Shown: positions 24,633-35,896 of the stretch, one piece after another
How positions within the stretch are numbered: the stretch's first letter is position 1
How the letters are laid out: the number at the start of each line of letters is the position of its first letter
NCBI GenBank assembly: GCA_964016885.1
Contig: OZ024740.1
Span: 437,658,001-437,722,000, forward strand
Direction of reading: 5' to 3'
Source: Eledone cirrhosa
Taxonomy: Eukaryota
Length of the DNA: 64,000 nt
Made by a program: the position numbers and the translations under genes
The notes under the pieces: model-generated
Told to the model about the DNA's origin: nothing
What the model saw: only the letters and a program-made list of their open reading frames with translations
Databases searched by the model: none

Positions 24633-26330
24633 ATATGAATTATAAGAATCAAAGAACTGTTCAAAACATTTTTATGCTTACAACTGTTTCCTCCAAATAC
24701 TAGAGACCCACAATATTATCTTCTCTAACCGTAACCTACTTAACAAAAAATCTGAAGTGTTTGCAACTTGCCAGCACCGCTTCAGACATTCCTTCCAAAA
24801 CTTTAAGCCCAATATATAGCAATGTCGGACTTGAACCAAACACCACCTCTAGCGTCAAACACCAGGGGCACACCTTATACCACATACCCAACACTCACTG
24901 ATCTACTATAACACAAACAGCGACATCCCTCTAGAACCCTTCGCAGGGCGAATACCCATTCGTACCTCTACTTTAGGTGTGACAACATCCACCCACTTGA
25001 ACTGCACTACACCACCCTATAAGTAATTTAAGCATGAATTGATTGTCTTGTTAGTGTTGTGCGGAGGAAGTGCCATCGTTGGACAGATGAAAAACGAATT
25101 AATCTAGTAACGCTGATGAGCAGTATGACCGGTACGCTGAGTGCAGGGAATGAATGTATTGCAAGTGGCGTATGGGTTGTACATATATGGATGATTTGAT
25201 GGTCAGATTGGGGTCATGAGGATTGCGGATTGACCTCTGGTCGGCCCTGGTGATGATTATCTTTCGACATCCAATGTAGCAAGCGATAACCCTGAACTTA
25301 CCAGAGATCATTGTGTGTTGAAGTGATTCTGCAATCACCGCGCCTGGTCCTTTGAGCAGACTGCAACCACAGAGATCATTAATTTAGAATCCTCGCTCGT
25401 CGTCTATAATATTCATTTGTGGCACTCTACGATGGGGGTTAATCAACATAATAATACGAACACCTTCAGCACAACTTAAAGTGTTTTAACTATAGAGTAG
25501 TCTATTAAGTTTTAGAAATATTTTAGAAATTGCGCATAACCATAGAAGTTAGGGTCTATTTTGAGACACATTTTAATAGTTAGTAATAGAAACCTCGGAG
25601 TTACCTCCCTCATGCATTAACTCCCCTTAGCCACACACACACTTCCGGGTAGTATTTCGATGTCGATTCTCGAAATGTAACATCCTCCTGTATTGAACTA
25701 AAGAACATCAGACTACGATTCTCTAACTGGATTGTCAAACGCTCAATATCGAATCGTCGTGGATTATGTGAGGGGCATATAATCTGAAAAATACACTCCC
25801 CAGACTATGAAAATTGCGAAGTTCATGAAGTCCATATCATCCCTTCGCTGCGCATTTCCAATATTTTAAATATTTTTAATGCTTATGTTATTTCTCCACA
25901 CACAGACTATAACAATCATATAAAGAATTTGTCACCAGATCAACCAACCTAACACTCTTGTTTACCTACTTAAGTGCTTCTACTACACATAACTCTCTGC
26001 CACACTATATAAACAAGACGCACGTGCTTGCCACACATATAACCTTTGCACTATATAACCGCTTATTTTCATGTATTTTAACCTGTATTTTTGATTGTAT
26101 CTTTTAATATGAATGTAATCTCTAAGTGTGTACTGCCACTCTAAATGCTGTAATGAATGTTGACCCACAATATTTGCATATGTATCTGTATGTCTCTTGG
26201 GTGAAAAGGAGGTCATATAAGTGTTCATTCATTAATAAATTGCTCCGAAGAATCCAAACCTCGGTTTGGAGGAAACAGTTGTAAGCATAAAAATGTTTTG
26301 AACAGTTCTTTGATTCTTATAATTCATATA
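24633..26330 (+). mobile_element. 5'-truncated Penelope-like element (Naiad-like) with inverted terminal duplication and 3' hammerhead
   Basis: 24699-24815 translates LETHNIIFSNRNLLNKKSEVFATCQHRFRH (LNKxxE...CxH PLE C-terminus). 24633-24697 is an inverted copy of 26264-26330. Confidence 0.75.
26241..26287 (+). ncRNA. Minimal type I hammerhead ribozyme (U4>C core change)
   Basis: tgct-CCGAAGA-a-tccaaacc-tc-ggtttgga-g-GAAA-cagttg-TA-agca. Confidence 0.75.
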
Positions 26331-26338
26331 TGTAAGTG

Positions 26339-26403
<65 letters not shown>

Positions 26404-26527
26404 ATGTATCTATATATATATTTATATATGTATGTGTATATATATATATATATGTGTATGTGTGTGTGTATGTATCTATATATATATTTATATATGTATG
26501 TGTATATATATATATATATATATATGT

Positions 26528-26569
<42 letters not shown>

Positions 26570-26583
26570 ATGTATATATATAT

Positions 26584-26628
<45 letters not shown>

Positions 26629-26661
26629 AGAGTAAGTCCATAGTTTATGTATATGTAAACC

Positions 26662-26692
<31 letters not shown>

Positions 26693-26869
26693 TTGATGTT
26701 GCAACGAAAGAACTTTGATAGTTTGATAGACTATATATATATATATTTATATTTGTATTTTTTAACCGTTGGTCAGTCAATGATAAACGTTGATTGCCAA
26801 ATAAATTAACTATGTAGATATAAAAGATACAGAAGCGAAAACTAACCAAACAGTGAGTGTGTTCTGATA

Positions 26870-27140
26870 TTATTTCTGGCAATATTACAACAATATGACC
26901 CTCCTCAAGTATAACAATATATATATATGTAGTTTGGGAGGGTCATGCTGCCAATAAAAACACATGCACCTGTTGGTTTACATTTCAATTTATTATAATT
27001 TTCCAGTTGGTTGGTTTAATAACCAGATGGTTGTTTATTTATTGTAAACACCCTTTTGTCACACATTGTGTGACCTCCTCAGTGACTAATTTGCTACTTT
27101 GTGCTCTCCTTTCTTCTGTCCTATACCATCTTGTTTTTAT
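26870..27140 (-). mobile_element. Decayed terminal repeat of the 18950-19990 PLE family with a degenerate HHR (27050-27087)
   Basis: Similar to 18955-19185. Minus strand: agtca-CTGAGGA-g-gtcaca-caatg-tgtgac-AAAA, so GAAA is lost. Confidence 0.7.
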
Positions 27141-27210
27141 GTCTTGCAAAACAAATACAAAAACGAAGTATATATATAAATAAGCATGGATATATATATA
27201 TATATATATA

Positions 27211-30200
27211 TAATCATTACCTTCTATCTAGCTACCCAACACCCCTCTGTCGCGCCCCCACGCACCACCATTGCTATTACGTGGACCAATAATAAGCCAG
27301 AGCCCCCACGCATCACCAGTATTATTATTACGCGGACCAATCATAAGCCAGAGGCCTATACTATCGCTTGCCTGGTTGCCTTTCGATATATGATGGATGG
27401 ATGGACTGCGGAATCCTGGAGAGTGGAGGAGAGAGAGAAAAATCTGGACGCTCAGCGACAATGCCAAAGATAAAGATAAAGACAAATTCACCTCGTGGAC
27501 GAGAATGCGAGCACTCCTCATTGTTTCGACCGCAGACGGCTAACATAACCCCATCGCCCACCGCCCCCCACCCCCAAACGCAATCCAAAACTTCAGAGTT
27601 GGTAACATAAATGTAGGCACCCTAAAGGGTCGCGCTAACGAGGTTGTAGAAATGCTTGAACGTAAGGAGGTCGATGTTTGTTGTATTCAAGAGACCAGGT
27701 GGAGGGGTGGGTCTGCTAGATTCATTGAGGGTAAAAAACGATGTTATAAGCTTTTCTGGGTGGGAAACGACGATGGGCTGGGTGGAGTAGGAATCATGGT
27801 AGCAGAAAAGTGGGCAGATAAGATAATAGACGTAAATAGAGTGAACGACAGAATAATTAAAATACGACTTGTCCTCAATAGAACTACGGTGACAGTAATA
27901 TCTGCATACGCACCCCAATCCGAACTGCCCGGCACTATAAAAGACAGATTCTATGAGACACTGATGCTAACTACCTCCCAAATATCCGACAGTGACTATA
28001 TAATTATTGCAGGCGACCTAAATGGTCACGTTGGACAACATTGTGACGGCTACGACGAAATCCATGGAGGCTATGGGTTTGGTACTAGAAATGAGGAAGG
28101 CTCCAGAATCCTGGAATTCTGTGATGCAAATAACCTAACTATCTGTAACACTAACTTCAAAAAACCTGACAATCACCTGATCACCTATAGATCCGGGGAA
28201 CACACAAGCCAGGTAGATTATATCCTTACCAGAAGACGTGACAGAGTGTCTGTTGTAAACACTAAATCCCTCCCCCATGAAGAATGCACCTCCCAACATA
28301 GACTGATAATTAGCGACCTTATAGTCAGGACGAGACGTACTCGACAGCAGAAGAGGACTATCCTCAGGAGAAAAATATGGAAGCTAAAGGACCCCACAGC
28401 CAGGAATAAATTTCAAAGCATATTACTTGATGCTTTCGACAGTAAGGAAGAACATTTAGAGTCGGACAATATAGAGGGAGAGTGGGAATTTCTGAAAGCA
28501 AACCTGCTGTTGGCGACAGACGAAGTCTGTGGCTGGAGCAGGCCTGTAGGCAGGAGGAGAGTAACATGGTGGTGGAACAGTAAGGTGGAGGCGTCAATTA
28601 AGGCCAAAAAGCAGGCTTGGAAAGTATGGCGGGATGGGGGAAGTAGAGAAGACTATCAAGTGGCCAGGAGGGAAGCTAGGAGACAAGTGTACTTAGCAAG
28701 AAGGGAAGTGGAGGAAAGAAAGTTCAAGCATGTTCTACAACGCGATGACCAAAAACGTGAGGTGTTCAGGATTGCTAGGCAATGCGTCAAGGAAAACCGT
28801 GATATTGTCGGGGAGAAGTGTGTACTAAACGATGATGGCACACTTGCTATCACCGACGCTGATAAGAAGGTAGCTTGGAAGTGTCACTATGAAAGGCTAC
28901 TAAATGAGGAGAATAAATGGGAGAAAGACAGTCTCCCCCATATCGACCCAATAGAGGGACCAGCAGTGTTAGTCGAGGGGAGTATAATAAGTAAGGCAAT
29001 CAAGGATATGAAGACGGGTAAGGCGGCTGGGCCTTCGGAAATAGTTGCTGAGATGCTGAAGGCATCTGGCACGGTGGGACACACCATGGTCACCCGCATA
29101 GTTAACCAAGTCGTACAGAATGGGGTTGTTCCGAAGGACTGGCATAGCAGCATCATCATTAACTGTTATAAGGGTAAAGGAGACGCCCTAGATAGGAGTA
29201 ACTATAGAGGCATTAAATTAATCGACCAGGTCATGAAGGTCACGGAAAAAGTAATAGCACAACTAATCAGAGAGAGAATTGACCTAGATGAAATGCAGTT
29301 CGGGTTTGTGTCAGGCAAAAGTACCACAGACGCTCTTTTCATTGTACGACAACTACAGGAGAAGTACCTAGCTAAAGGTAAACCCCTCTACTTAGCTTTT
29401 GTCGACTTGGAGAAAGCCTTCGACAGAGTCCCCCGCTCCATTATCTGGTGGGCTCTTAGAAAACTAGGCGTTGACGAATGGCTTGTGAGAGCTATACAAG
29501 CCATGTATAAAGAAACAGTCAGCAAGGTTAGAATTAACAACAAATACAGTGAAGAGTTTAGCGTAAAAGTTGGCGTCCATCAGGGCTCTGTTCTCAGCCC
29601 CCTACTATTTATTATTGCCCTTCAGGCTATAACAGAGGAGTTCAAGACCGGCTGCCCATGGGAACTCCTATACGCAGACGACCTGACACTCATAGCGGAA
29701 TCAATGGCCGAGCTAGAGAAGAAATTCCAAACATGGAAGCACGGCCTAGAATCAAAAGGCCTTAAAATTAACCTGGCTAAGACTAAAGTTCTAGTTTGTA
29801 GGAAAGAAAATAAGGCGGCGGTCCCTTCTGGGAAATGGTCGTGCTCGGTGTGTAGGAAAGGCGTAGGTAGAAACTCCATTTTATGTCCTAAATGCAAAGT
29901 ATGGGTGCATAAAAGATGTAGTGGGATCACAGGTAAGCTAACTAAGAACATAGATTTTACATGTGGCCGGTGCTCTGGTGCAATAAGTAGCAGTAAGTGC
30001 CCACAAAATACTAGCTCTTTCAATTGCGCAGAGGGTTCTATAGAAATAGTGGACAGTTTCCGTTACCTGGGTGATAAAATCAGCAGTGGGGGAGGGTGCT
30101 CTGAAAGTACAGTAGCTAGAGTCAGAACTGGTTGGAAAAGGTTCAGAGAGCTTATACCACTATTAGCTGCTAAAGGGTTCTCCCTAAAAATGAAAGGCAG

Positions 30201-30469
30201 GTTGTACGATGCCTGCATACGAACAGCAATGTTGCATGGCAGTGAGACCTGGGCATTGTGTGCAGAGGATATACGCAGACTAGAGAGGAACGAAGCTTGC
30301 ATGCTCCGCTGGATGTGTAACAGTAATATACGTGAACGGCAAAGCATAAACGAACTAAGGAAAAAATTAGAAATAAGAGGGATCAGATGTTGTTTACTCG
30401 AGAGAAGGCTACGTTGGTATGGACACGTGATGCGCATGAAAGTCGATAGCTGTATAACAAAGTGCAGGG

Positions 30470-30474
<5 letters not shown>
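27211..30474 (+). mobile_element. RTE-clade LINE family A, near full length, 3' end cut off by (TA)n
   Basis: 5' UTR shared with the 57730 copy, followed by an uninterrupted APE-RT ORF. Confidence 0.95.
27461..27610 (+). CDS. Short upstream ORF (49 aa) overlapping the RTE ORF in another frame
   Basis: ATG at 27461, MPKIKIKTNSPRGREC...TSELVT*. It stays open in the second copy (57979-58137), which has a 9-bp in-frame insertion. Confidence 0.45.
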   Translation: MPKIKIKTNSPRGRECEHSSLFRPQTANITPSPTAPHPQTQSKTSELVT

Positions 30475-30509
<35 letters not shown>

Positions 30510-30510
30510 A
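27544..30510 (+). CDS. RTE ORF: apurinic-type endonuclease, reverse transcriptase and PHD-like zinc finger (C-terminus truncated, reads into (TA)n)
   Basis: Open from the in-frame TAA at 27541. Motifs: [77 protein letters not shown]. First ATG is at 27652. Confidence 0.95.
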
Positions 30511-32140
30511 TATTAAATAAATGGAAACTATATTTATAAAACCATATTTATTTTATTATATATATATTTCAAGAGTACCAAGACAACATTGGTACGCTTT
30601 CATCCGATGAAATACAAAGTTTGTTTTATAAATAGAGACGTACCCATGAAAATCATACTTTATCAGTTGGAAATTCACTGGATAGTGGAAATATATTAGG
30701 GACTATTCAAAGTTATGTGTGAATATGTAAATAATTGAAAAACAACCGTCTATTTAAACGACTATGGGGAGAGAGAGAGTGAGAAGAGATAAGGGGAGAA
30801 GGATAAAAAATAGTACGAGAGAGAGAGAAGAAATAAACAAGAAATGATGAATAAAACTCATATAACGTTAATTTGGGAGAAATATATTCTAAGTATATAT
30901 CTTAATAGTACGTGTATTTACGATTATTAGTTGTTTAAAATTTGTTTATAATATAATATTTTCTGTTATAAGTAGATAAATAAATAAATATATAAATAAA
31001 TAGATGGATATATCATGTTATAGATAATTATTCTAATGAGTTAGGAGGGATATTGGTTTTGTATTTAATGAAAATAAATATTAAGTTAAATTAAATTAAA
31101 TTAACTGAGTTAATAAGAATATTTATATTTATATGTTTTAAAATGGGAAGATACGGAAAAACTCCAGTTTAATTTATTTATTCGTTAGTGTGAGACTATT
31201 TAGTATAGATGTTGAAAGATACATTTAGCCAGAATCAGTTAGTGGTTATAAATCTATAAAAAAAATATTGAAAACTATTAAAAATTTGAGAAATTTTTTT
31301 TTTTTTTTTTTTTAATAATTTATAAGAGATAAGTAATTTTTAAAGAAATAAAAATTGAAGAAATAAAAATAAAGAATTAAAAATTATTAAAATTAAAATT
31401 ACAATTAGAATTTTTTTAAAAATTAGAATTATATACGTATATATTTTATGAAATTTTAAGAAGTAGAATTATAGCAAATGTTATAGATATTATGATTTAG
31501 ATTTAGAGATATCAATATATTAAAACCAAGTGGGTAAGATTGTTATGGAAATAAGTAGAAATATTATAAGTATAATTATAAGTTATATATAGTTCTGAAT
31601 GTTGAATTCAGGCGATGTCTACAATAATAAAATAAATTCGTTCTTAGATTAATAGAGTTCTTACAATTAAGTATGAAAAAATTTCCTCAAACACAATTTG
31701 CAGAATCTAGATAAAGCTGTGTTTCGGTACGCGGGTGCTTTTGAAACTGTTTCCCAAGCTAATGAATAGTCCATATTCTTGCATTTTAAGTTCCATATCA
31801 GGTTTGAAAGAGAAGTTGAAGATTTTTTATCAAATTTTCGGAAAGAGCATTTGTGGTTATTCCAGCGACTTTTAAATTCTGTAGAAGTTGCACCGACATA
31901 GTTAAATATATTATCACTGGTTTTAACTGTACATTTATAGACCACATCCTTATCTAAACACTTATTTTGTAAAGGACAGTTTGATTTAATTCTACAGTTA
32001 CATTTTGCGGAGTTTTTGTTATTCAGAACGGTACTATGATGTTGGATATTGCTAGAGATATTACTGCTATTTTGGTTAGGGTTTAAATTTCTATTATTAA
32101 TTCTATTTGTATTTTGTGCTATGTTCATAGAGTAGAGTAG
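30505..32140 (-). mobile_element. Penelope-like element (Naiad-like) 3' part: GIY-YIG domain, AT-rich 3' UTR and terminal hammerhead
   Basis: CNCRIKSNCPLQNKCLDKDVVYKCTV...YVGATSTEFKSRWNNH..SF...TSLS..IW...CKLCL, then a frameshifted N.R..LF..CRH. Confidence 0.9.
30549..30614 (-). ncRNA. Type I hammerhead motif (core U4>G, probably inactive)
   Basis: Minus strand: tatttcat-CGGATGA-aagcgtaccaa-tgttgtc-ttggtactctt-GAAA-tatatata-TA-ataaaata. Stem II pairs at 10 of 11 positions. Confidence 0.7.
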
Positions 32141-32420
32141 GCTAATTATATATCTATCTATATATATATATATATATTAGAAAGATCGAGTATCGAAAAA
32201 TCGGCGCACGAGTTCACGATAAACGAGATTCGACATGAGCGGCAGAGGGCTCAATAATTCAGATGAATCAGAGCTATAACTATCGTTAAAATACCGTCAC
32301 ATATAGAACAAGTCTACAATCAACCATACGATATAAAATCGATAAAGGAAGATTCGGGACAAACAGATAAAAAATATCAATAAAACAATACGTCAATAAT
32401 TTAAATGAATGTAAAATCAT

Positions 32421-32556
32421 ACCCGGACCCACTAGACAGGTGTTAAATCTAGCTTCATGGGTTTCTGTAAATCCTTAGACTGTACTCTATCAGCTCACAT
32501 ATAAATATAAAAGCCTACTAGAGCAAGCGGAACGGAGTTTTACTTTCTCAACGAGC
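32421..32556 (-). ncRNA. Extended type I hammerhead, U3-A8 core variant (copy 1)
   Basis: Minus strand: gctcg-TTGAGAA-a-gtaaa-ac-tcc...gga-tttac-a-GAAA-ccca-tgaag-ctaga-(11 nt)-tctag-tggg-TC-cgggt. Confidence 0.65.
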
Positions 32557-33037
32557 TTTTTTCCTGGCGGTAGAGGAGCCAACTACCAGTGAAAAACGCA
32601 CATGGCATTAGACAAGGGAGATAACCCCTATATCCGCGAAAACAATTCGAGTGAATGTGGAAATACACATATCGAATTAGAGTGCTCAATAGACATGTTA
32701 AAATAAAACAAAAGCTATTCATCACTCAATAGAATCGACAAAAAATGAGCAATAAAATTAACTGGTGGATAGCTATGTCCAGAGCTAAATATATTAGAAA
32801 GATCGAGTATCGAAAAATCGGCGCACGAGTTCACGATAAACGAGATTCGACATGAGCGGCAGAGGGCTCAATAATTCAGATGAATCAGAGCTATAACTAT
32901 CGTTAAAATACCGTCACATATAGAACAAGTCTACAATCAACCATACGATATAAAATCGATAAAGGAAGATTCGGGACAAACAGATAAAAAATATCAATAA
33001 AACAATACGTCAATAATTTAAATGAATGTAAAATCAT

Positions 33038-33173
33038 ACCCGGACCCACTAGACAGGTGTTAAATCTAGCTTCATGGGTTTCTGTAAATCCTTAGACTGT
33101 ACTCTATCAGCTCACATATAAATATAAAAGCCTACTAGAGCAAGCGGAACGGAGTTTTACTTTCTCAACAAGC
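33038..33173 (-). ncRNA. Extended hammerhead, copy 2
   Basis: Same as copy 1 except that a stem I C-G pair becomes U-G (position 33170). Confidence 0.65.
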
Positions 33174-33654
33174 TTTTTTCCTGGCGGTAGAGGAGCCAAC
33201 TACCAGTGAAAAACGCACATGGCATTAGACAAGGGAGATAACCCCTATATCCGCGAAAACAATTCGAGTGAATGTGGAAATACACATATCGAATTAGAGT
33301 GCTCAATAGACATGTTAAAATAAAACAAAAGCTATTCATCACTCAATAGAATCGACAAAAAATGAGCAATAAAATTAACTGGTGGATAGCTATGTCCAGA
33401 GCTAAATATATTAGAAAGATCGAGTATCGAAAAATCGGCGCACGAGTTCACGATAAACGAGATTCGACATGAGCGGCAGAGGGCTCAATAATTCAGATGA
33501 ATCAGAGCTATAACTATCGTTAAAATACCGTCACATATAGAACAAGTCTACAATCAACCATACGATATAAAATCGATAAAGGAAGATTCGGGACAAACAG
33601 ATAAAAAATATCAATAAAACAATACGTCAATAATTTAAATGAATGTAAAATCAT

Positions 33655-33789
33655 ACCCGGACCCACTAGACAGGTGTTAAATCTAGCTTCATGGGTTTCT
33701 GTAAATCCTTAGACTGTACTCTATCAGCTCACATATAAATATAAAAGCCTACTAGAGCAAGCGGAACGGAGTTTTACTTTCTCAACGAG

Positions 33790-33790
<1 letters not shown>
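33655..33790 (-). ncRNA. Extended hammerhead, copy 3
   Basis: Same as copy 1. The array ends 2 nt beyond stem I. Confidence 0.65.
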
Positions 33791-33825
<35 letters not shown>

Positions 33826-33985
33826 ATTTAAGTATCGTCAGGGAGAAGAAGAGGTTTAAAGGGATAAGTGATACATATAGTTAGTTGCCAAAAGGTTGTG
33901 CATTTGTGCTCAATACTTGTGCCTACAGGGTTAAATATTGGAAGCGTTAATATTTAGCGGGCGAGACAATAAGCAGAGCGGTTAC

Positions 33986-34426
33986 AAATGAAAGCATTAC
34001 AAAGGAGAATATATACTGTCAGAACATGTTTATATAAAAGCACCTACGGTAGGCTGCGCAAATAATCATCTGTACACCAACTATGCATCTCAGACCTGCC
34101 TGAATTGACAATAGTAAAATAGCACCCACAAATTAGTAATGGAAAACCACCATCATGTGAATCGGTAATAAGCCCTTTGGGGACATTTATTCAAACACCG
34201 GCCAGAGTTACTCCCCTTGCTCTGTGTCAATAACAACGTATATGTTTGAACTAAGAATGAACTTTGATGTATGTATCGCTTTGAAACCCCTTCTGGGTCC
34301 TGTACTGAACACTCTGTACTTTTCTATTTTTCTATCCCCTTGAGAAGCCCTTTTCGGGCGAAACGTACGTAGGTGCGTTTATATAAACATGTTCTGACAG
34401 TATATATTCTCCTTTGTAATCTTTTC

Positions 34427-34430
<4 letters not shown>
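33986..34430 (+). mobile_element. PLE-type terminal repeat with inverted duplication (33986-34048 / 34368-34430)
   Basis: The inverted repeat is visible directly, an HHR sits at the 3' end, and (TA)n lies on the right flank. Confidence 0.7.
34336..34375 (+). ncRNA. Minimal type I hammerhead, U3-A8 core variant
   Basis: cccc-TTGAGAA-gccc-ttttc-gggc-GAAA-cgtacg-TA-ggtg. Stem III is palindromic (acgtacgt). Confidence 0.75.
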
Positions 34431-34474
<44 letters not shown>

Positions 34475-34476
34475 TC

Positions 34477-34522
34477 TTGTCTGATGACCCTTTCATAAAC
34501 TGGCGTAACTCCCAAGTAACAA
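34477..34522 (+). ncRNA. Degenerate hammerhead (same family as 45307-45354)
   Basis: ttgt-CTGATGA-ccctttcataaactggc-GTAA-ctcccaag-TA-acaa. Confidence 0.5.
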
Positions 34523-34605
34523 AACACAATTTAGCCGTAATAAAATGAATACATATATATATATACGTGTGTGTATATAATTAGAAATAAGTAGGAAGCC
34601 ATATA

Positions 34606-34797
34606 TAATTGTTTCTACTTTTTGGCACAAGGCCAGCAAATCCTCAGTGCATTACTGGTACTTTATTTTATTGACCTCATAAGGATGAAAGGCAAAGTTA
34701 ACCTCGGCGGGATTTGAACTCAGAATGGCAAGGGCCGTAACTCTATGCGTCAAAGCATGGCGTCCAACCCTCTACGGATACTGCCAATCCACCGCCA
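34606..34797 (-). mobile_element. Meta-domain-like SINE with possible target-site duplication (taggaagc[c/t]atatata)
   Basis: Full SINE consensus. The flanking direct repeat lies at about 34592 and 34798. Confidence 0.85.
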
Positions 34798-35896
34798 TAG
34801 GAAGCTATATATAATGAAGAAAAAAGCCAAGGTTAAGAACTTAAATCCATTCTTTAATTTCTGTATTTCTATACAGGTGACAACAGGACATGCATATGTA
34901 AACAATAAGTGAATTGCAAATAGTTAATTAGCCATTATTCACATGATATATATAAATATATACATCATCAGCAGCATTTAATCTCTATTTTCCATACCTG
35001 GTAGTTTAGGCAGGCTGCCACATTATAAAGTTAGATAGTTCAGGTGACCACATCTCATTCATATGCTCTATTTTTCACTTGTTTTTCTATAGCTGGATGC
35101 CTTTCATAATACCAACCACTTTATAGTGTGTACTTTTAGCTTTTTCCATGGCACCACCAATACTAATATCTTGCAGGGTGGACAGGGTGCTTTTTGATGT
35201 GGTACCACTATGATCACCAACAAGGTGGACTGGGTGCTTATTCTTTGAGATCCACTACTGCCACCTTAGGGATGACTGGGTGGATTTTGTTGTGGTACCA
35301 GTATGACACCATACAGGGTGGACTGGGTACTTATATTCATACCTTTCTTCATATATTCTCCAGGTTTAAAGTTAAGATCTTCTATGGACTATACATCCAC
35401 TTTTGATGAGTTGTAGTGCTCTTCAGCACTGTACACAATCATTTTCATTATCATCTTCTTGAGATTAGAAAATGAAAGTTCAAACTCTGTGTCAATGGTG
35501 TATATGCTATGGTAGTAAAACTTTCTTATTAGTTATAGCATAATTTCAATGAAGCAAATAAAATCCTACATCATCATCATCATTTCCACATCAACCTTTC
35601 CATGCTGGCATGGATTTGACAGGACAGCGAGATGCTGACACCAACCATTTTAGCCACTTATAATACCCAGTTTATGCAATATATGTTAAAGCAGATACAC
35701 ACAGTTTCATGTCTCATAACTGTTATTTATCGACTACCTTTCACCTATTTACCTTTATTTTACATATTTTTGTTATTTTATTTTGAGGTAATTTAAATAA
35801 TGAAACACTTTAAACTTTTTAATGGCTTTAAAAATACTTTTTGTTCATATTTCAATGTATGTAGCTGAATTGTAGTTAACTATTAATGTTCTCTAC

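Larger units (their letters stand above)
32174..33792 (-). mobile_element. 617-bp non-coding tandem array (2.6 units) flanked by (TA)n; putative retrozyme
   Basis: Units start at 32174, 32791 and 33408 and are nearly identical. Each contains a hammerhead-like fold on the minus strand. There is no substantial ORF. Confidence 0.8.

Noticed and set aside
25112-25150. CTGATGA motif (also CTGACGA on the minus strand near 33835)
   Set aside because: I found no matching stem II plus GAAA plus stem III.
27230-27460. HDV-like ribozyme expected in some RTE 5' UTRs
   Set aside because: I could not build a nested double pseudoknot by eye, so a descriptor search would be needed.
32461-32495. Alternative hammerhead core CTGATAGA on the minus strand of the 617-bp unit
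   Set aside because: It gives no stem I or stem II pairing, whereas the upstream TTGAGAA core satisfies both stems.
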